From: an uncultured bacterium
Lineage (GTDB): Bacteria > Auribacterota > JAFGBW01
Direction: 5' to 3'
Length of the DNA stretch: 64,000 nt
Assembly: GCA_964443875.1 (NCBI GenBank)
Contig: CAYUET010000001.1
Coordinates: forward strand, 134,992-198,991
In this document: positions 59,674 to 64,000 of the stretch, one piece after another
Layout: every line of letters begins with the position of its first letter
Position numbering within the stretch: the stretch's first letter is position 1
Notes under the pieces: model-generated
The model's input: only the letters and a program-made list of their open reading frames with translations
Told to the model about the DNA's origin: nothing
The model's database searches: none
Position numbers and translations under genes: made by a program

Positions 59674-61080
59674 TTACCTTTTGTAGGCTTTTTCAATTTT
59701 TTCTGCAATATCGCGGTAACTTACATCTTCCTGATAGATACTTTTAAAATGAAGAAGAGCTTCTTCCATCTGACCGTTGCTTTCAAAAGCGCAGGCCAGG
59801 TTATACAAAATCTCTTTCTTCTGTTCATCCATATGCTTAAGGAAACCCGCTGCATTTTTAAACTGCATGATGGCCATGTCATACATTTCTTTCCGGACAA
59901 AAATCAGCCCCATTTTATTCATCGACTCTACAGCCAAATCCTGTACTTTGGAACAGACCTGATATAATTTAAGAGCTTCGTCATTTTCGTTCAGTAAAAA
60001 ATAAATTTTAGCCAATTTTATTTTTATTTCCGTACTTGTAGGGAAAGCCTGTAAAAAGGCCATATACAAACTTTTCCGGTATTCATGAATTTCTTTCTGC
60101 CTATGTCCTTCATCCCTGTAGCGTTCTGCATTTTTAAGGGATTCTTCTTCAAAAAGATTTTCCTGCAGCTCCATTTTTTCAAGCTGAAGGTTGATATCCC
60201 CCATGGCAAAAGCGGAAATATCTTCCAGGACGGATAAGGCGTTTTTTTTATCGTTGTTTTCCTTGTAATAATTCAAAAGATCATATTTTAAGGGAATATT
60301 GGAAGGTTCTTTAGTAATTTCTTTTTTCTTTTCCTCGATCAAAAAACTGATTTCTTTCTCCGTGCGGTTAACCTTCATCTCAATTTGTGATTTAAGGAGG
60401 GAAGTCTTGTCTTTAATGGAACCCTGGTATCCCTGTCCGCGAAGTCTGGATTCGTCAATGGAAGTAAGGGCAAGAATATCCCGGAGCCGTTTTTCAGCAT
60501 ATTGTTCAAAAGGCTTTATATCCAGAACTTTTTTAAAGGCTATTCTTGCTTTGCTTCCATTATCAACGGAGACATAAAGATCGCCCATTTTTTTCAGGAT
60601 CTCGACATTATTTTTATGAGTCCGGATATATTGCTCCAGGAGCATTGCGGCATTTCCGGAAAGATTGTGCTTTTCATAAATTTTTGAAAGTTTTAAAAGA
60701 GCAAAAGATGAGTCCGGATCATTTTTAATAATCTGTTCATAGACCTCATAAACCGCTTCAGGATGTCCTTCCTCTTCCTTTATTTGAAGAGTCTTAAAAT
60801 AAAGAGGTAAATTGGAAAAAAAGGCTTTTATTTCACAGGCAAGTTTGTTCGGAGACAGATTCTTATATCCCAGAGAAGAAAGAATCATCTTTTGAAGATA
60901 CTCCATCTGCTCCTTTCGGTTGATGGAATAAATCTCACAATACAATTCAGCTGCCCATTGGTAATTCTGCTTATTGTAGGCAGCTTCCGCTTTTCGTATC
61001 AGTTCGGCCATTCTTTTATGATCCGCTTCTGAAGTGACCGGTATCTGTTCCTGAGAAGAAGGAGACGTTTCATTTGTCAT
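59674..61080 (-). CDS. TPR-repeat protein
   Basis: 468 aa. Multiple TPR-like repeats (WAAELYCEIYSINRKEQMEY, AMLLEQYIRTHKNNVEILKKMGDLY, ALKLYQVCSKVQD). Confidence 0.6.
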   Translation of the reverse strand: MTNETSPSSQEQIPVTSEADHKRMAELIRKAEAAYNKQNYQWAAELYCEIYSINRKEQMEYLQKMILSSLGYKNLSPNKLACEIKAFFSNLPLYFKTLQIKEEEGHPEAVYEVYEQIIKNDPDSSFALLKLSKIYEKHNLSGNAAMLLEQYIRTHKNNVEILKKMGDLYVSVDNGSKARIAFKKVLDIKPFEQYAEKRLRDILALTSIDESRLRGQGYQGSIKDKTSLLKSQIEMKVNRTEKEISFLIEEKKKEITKEPSNIPLKYDLLNYYKENNDKKNALSVLEDISAFAMGDINLQLEKMELQENLFEEESLKNAERYRDEGHRQKEIHEYRKSLYMAFLQAFPTSTEIKIKLAKIYFLLNENDEALKLYQVCSKVQDLAVESMNKMGLIFVRKEMYDMAIMQFKNAAGFLKHMDEQKKEILYNLACAFESNGQMEEALLHFKSIYQEDVSYRDIAEKIEKAYKR

Positions 61081-61673
61081 TTTTTTAAAGCCTTTAAATA
61101 ATTTTCAACATATTTACCCAATATATCTGTTTCAAGATTGATTATCGTATTTTTCTGCCAGCCTTGAATATTTGTATTTTCATAAGTAAAGGGTATGATG
61201 TCCACGGATAATCGGTCTTTTTTTAAATCAGAAATGGTAAGGGATATTCCGTCCAGCGCAATAGATCCCTTGGGGACAAGCCCCATTGGACGTGAGGAGG
61301 GAACTTTTACCCAATAACGCCAGCCTTCGCCTTTTTTTTCTGTGCCCACACAGGTGACGGTTGCATCCACATGCCCCTGGACAATATGCCCTCCGAATTC
61401 ATCCTTCATTTTCATTGCCCCTTCAAGATTCACGATCTGTCCTTTTTTCAAAAGACCAATATTGGTCACTAAAACCGTCTGCTTCTGGCAAAAAAAGACA
61501 GGCAGATTTTTTTTAAGACGGGCTACGGTAAGGCAGACGCCATTCACGGCAATGCTGTCCCCCAGTTTAATTTTTCCCCACTTTTTAGAGGGTCTTATTG
61601 TTAACGTGACCTGTCCCTCATTGTGTTTAGCTTCTTCGATATGCCCTAAAGACTTGATGATTCCTGTAAACAT
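61077..61673 (-). CDS. ribE: Riboflavin synthase alpha subunit
   Basis: 198 aa. MFTGII N-terminus. Duplicated lumazine-binding halves (GDSIAVNGVCLTV / GSIALDGISLTI). Confidence 0.85.
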   Translation of the reverse strand: MFTGIIKSLGHIEEAKHNEGQVTLTIRPSKKWGKIKLGDSIAVNGVCLTVARLKKNLPVFFCQKQTVLVTNIGLLKKGQIVNLEGAMKMKDEFGGHIVQGHVDATVTCVGTEKKGEGWRYWVKVPSSRPMGLVPKGSIALDGISLTISDLKKDRLSVDIIPFTYENTNIQGWQKNTIINLETDILGKYVENYLKALKK

Positions 61674-62767
61674 GTCTGATACCTCAAATATATATCGTTT
61701 TCAAATTGTTTTGTTTCCATTGGCTTCAAAAACCGTTTATCGCGGATTCCCCATAAGGGGCTGATTCCGCTCCATCCGTATTGGGAATGGCCTAAAAGAA
61801 CCGGAGCGACAAAAAGATGAATTTCATGAAAAAATTTATTTTTCAGAAAATGTCCTGTAATGCGTCCGCCTCCTTCAAGTAAAAGATTATGATACCCTCT
61901 TTTCTTTAAAGAAGTCAAACCTCGTTTTAGTGAAAATAGGCCCCCTTTTTCACAAAGGAGGAGATGACAATTAGGATTTTTAATCCTGCCTTCAAGGACT
62001 TCAATTCCTCTTTGCGTGGTCATAACGATAACCTCCCCTTCAGTCGGTTTTAACAACAGAGAATGCTTAAGGTTGAGAGATCCTGAAGACGAAAAGATTA
62101 TCTTGGCAGGATCTTTAAAACCGGAATCTTCCGGAAGTCTGATTTTCAGAGAAGGATTGTCTGTATTAAAGGTATTTGCACCAACAGCAATTGCATCACA
62201 ATGTTTTCGAATCGATTGAACAAAGGTTCTTGAGGCTTCTGAGGTAATCCATTGAGAACGTCCATCCTTATCACAGATTTTACCGTCCAGAGAAATTCCG
62301 GCTTTAATCTGAATATAGGGAATGGGATTTTTAAGCCCCCAGATAAAGGGACGGTTCAGACTATCCTGCTGTGTCTGGTAATCGACAAAAACCGTTTCAA
62401 TGTTTTTGTCTTTAAGAACGGCAATCGCCTTGTTCTGATTTTTAGGATTAGGATCCCGTGCGCCGAAAAAAACACGTTTAATCCCGTAACGGATAATAGC
62501 ATCCGTACAGGGGGGCGTCTTTCCATGTGTTGAACAGGGCTCAAGAGTGACATATAAATCCGAGTCTTTAGCCATTTCACCTGCTTCCAGCAGGGCATTA
62601 ATCTCTGCATGATTTTCACCGCAAACGGCATGAAACCCCTTTCCAATAATTTTCCCGTTTTTGACCACAACAGCCCCGACACAGGGGTTTGGATGAACTC
62701 TGTTACCTGCCAGTGCCGCAAGATCAAAGGCCTTTTTAAAATAATATGGCCCCCTGTCCCCGGTCAT
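61646..62767 (-). CDS. ribD: Bifunctional riboflavin biosynthesis deaminase/reductase
   Basis: 373 aa. Deaminase zinc motifs HAEINAL and PCSTHGKTPPC. C-terminal reductase domain. Overlaps ribE by 28 nt. Confidence 0.85.
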   Translation of the reverse strand: MTGDRGPYYFKKAFDLAALAGNRVHPNPCVGAVVVKNGKIIGKGFHAVCGENHAEINALLEAGEMAKDSDLYVTLEPCSTHGKTPPCTDAIIRYGIKRVFFGARDPNPKNQNKAIAVLKDKNIETVFVDYQTQQDSLNRPFIWGLKNPIPYIQIKAGISLDGKICDKDGRSQWITSEASRTFVQSIRKHCDAIAVGANTFNTDNPSLKIRLPEDSGFKDPAKIIFSSSGSLNLKHSLLLKPTEGEVIVMTTQRGIEVLEGRIKNPNCHLLLCEKGGLFSLKRGLTSLKKRGYHNLLLEGGGRITGHFLKNKFFHEIHLFVAPVLLGHSQYGWSGISPLWGIRDKRFLKPMETKQFENDIYLRYQTCLQESSSL

Positions 62768-63684
62768 GGGGTATTCCTTAAAGAAACAGAACCAAAAGAT
62801 TCGGACAGAGAATTGTCCTGTATCAAATTAAGGCAAAGCTGATATTCCTTCATTCTTGAATAAGATTTAAATAACTGAACGGCCTGATTTAAATCTTTTA
62901 CTGCATCAATTGTATTTCCTGTTTTTAAAAGAAGCTGTCCCCTTTCAAAAAAAGTATCCGCCATTTTCGGATTATTCAGGATAACCGTATTGAAATCATT
63001 CAGTGCTTTTTCCTTTAAATCAAGATGAACAAAACAAACCCCTCGGTAATGGACAGGCCAGTAGTACCCTGGATTATGGGCAATCACTTCATCATAATCT
63101 CTGAGGGCCTGTTGCCATTTTCCTGATTCCCTCCAATAATTTGCCCTTTTTTCATACGCCGGATAAAAAGAGGGATGACGCGAAATAAAATCATTCAAAA
63201 CATCAACCCCCTGCTGTATTCCATGCCGATAACGCAAAGAATCGGATTCATCCAGAATATAATATTCCCTGTCCCCTGATTTTTTCAAGATTTCTGATCT
63301 TAAAAGATAAGGCCGGAAAAAATCCCGTTTCAACTCAATGGCTTTTGTGCAATAGTCATAGGCAAGTTTATATTTTTCAAGGGATGACAACCCTGAGGCA
63401 CAGGCTTCCCAGGATCTGAAATCATGAGGCCGGAGTTTTAAAGCATGTTCAAAATCCTGCATGGCTTCAGACAGTCGCCCCTTTTGTAAAAAAATATATC
63501 CCCTGTCCAGGACGGAATAATAATAATCCTTATCCAGGGACAGGGATTTTGAGAAGCAGCAAAGCTGAACCGCAGAGGCCCCTGAAAAAGTTCCTGCAAG
63601 CCAATACCAAAAATTCAACGGAAAAAGAGCAAGCAGGATTACAGGTGTGAAAATGAGAAGAAAACGATATACTATTTTTTTCAT
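62764..63684 (-). CDS. TPR-repeat protein with an N-terminal TM anchor
   Basis: 306 aa. N-terminal hydrophobic helix (IVYRFLLIFTPVILLALFPL). TPR-like repeats (AMQDFEHALKLRPHD, ALRDYDEVIAHNPGY, ALNDFNTVILNNPKM). Confidence 0.6.
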   Translation of the reverse strand: MKKIVYRFLLIFTPVILLALFPLNFWYWLAGTFSGASAVQLCCFSKSLSLDKDYYYSVLDRGYIFLQKGRLSEAMQDFEHALKLRPHDFRSWEACASGLSSLEKYKLAYDYCTKAIELKRDFFRPYLLRSEILKKSGDREYYILDESDSLRYRHGIQQGVDVLNDFISRHPSFYPAYEKRANYWRESGKWQQALRDYDEVIAHNPGYYWPVHYRGVCFVHLDLKEKALNDFNTVILNNPKMADTFFERGQLLLKTGNTIDAVKDLNQAVQLFKSYSRMKEYQLCLNLIQDNSLSESFGSVSLRNTP

Positions 63685-63817
63685 ATGTATTTTATTTATC
63701 CTTCATGTCATTATTAATCGATAATTGTAAAATTAACAATTTAAAATTGACACAGGTATGGAAGTTCCCTAAAAACCTTATTTTAAATCCATGATCCTAA
63801 TCCGGAGGTTTTTTAAT

Positions 63818-64000
63818 ATGCAAAAAGTAAAATCCAAATCTGAAAAACTGACTTCCAGCCCTGCATGGAAAGCTTTGAAAAAGCACTCTGAAACCATGCA
63901 TAAAATCCATCTCAGGGAGTTATTCAAAGATAAAAGCCGTTTCAAAAAATTTTCCATTGAAGATTTTTCCTTTTTTCTGGATTACTCAAAAAATATTATT
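63818..64000 (+). CDS. pgi: Glucose-6-phosphate isomerase, 5' end only (continues beyond the window)
   Basis: The first 61 codons (LTSSPAWKALKKHSETMHKIHLRELFKDKSRFKKFSIEDFSFFLDYSKN) match the conserved Pgi N-terminus pattern (AWQALQKH...LFAKD..RF.KFS......DYSKN). Confidence 0.7.
   Translation, partial: MQKVKSKSEKLTSSPAWKALKKHSETMHKIHLRELFKDKSRFKKFSIEDFSFFLDYSKNII

Overview
This is an AT-rich bacterial chromosomal segment, roughly 35-40% GC by eye, densely coding on both strands. No transposase, integrase or CRISPR array is visible. The first ~17 kb (17-17018) is a flagellar region: three large tetratricopeptide-repeat (TPR)/coiled-coil genes, a soluble PAS histidine kinase with an NtrC-type sigma-54 activator, then flgB-flgC-fliE-fliF-fliG-fliH-fliI-fliJ and a MotE/YlxF-like gene. 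A GG-N10-GC sigma-54 promoter match sits directly upstream of flgB, and a second match sits upstream of the TPR lipoprotein. The rest is mostly housekeeping (rpoZ, tilS, ftsB, gpsA, rluA-family, pepF, rpoD, trpBA, asd, typA, queA, ribE/ribD, partial pgi, two tRNAs) interleaved with envelope and signalling genes. These include an alpha-2-macroglobulin/PbpC operon, two eukaryotic-like Ser/Thr kinases (one CHASE2-type, paired with an FHA protein), a CDF transporter, PilC and a prepilin-like protein, an MFS transporter and five or more TPR proteins. The most unusual object is the second gene (2001-4163). Its cytoplasmic N-terminal half carries six tandem copies of a peptide that closely matches the CheY-P docking motif of FliM/FliY N-termini (LSQEELDKLL), separated by Pro/Ser/Glu-rich linkers, followed by one TM helix and a TPR-like C-terminal domain. 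It is translationally coupled to a coiled-coil TPR protein and followed by a sigma-54-promoted TPR lipoprotein. Together these look like an undescribed motor/chemotaxis-associated module: a possible CheY-P sink or tether, or a PflA/PflB-like periplasmic scaffold. All functional calls are from motif and family recognition by eye; no database search was possible.
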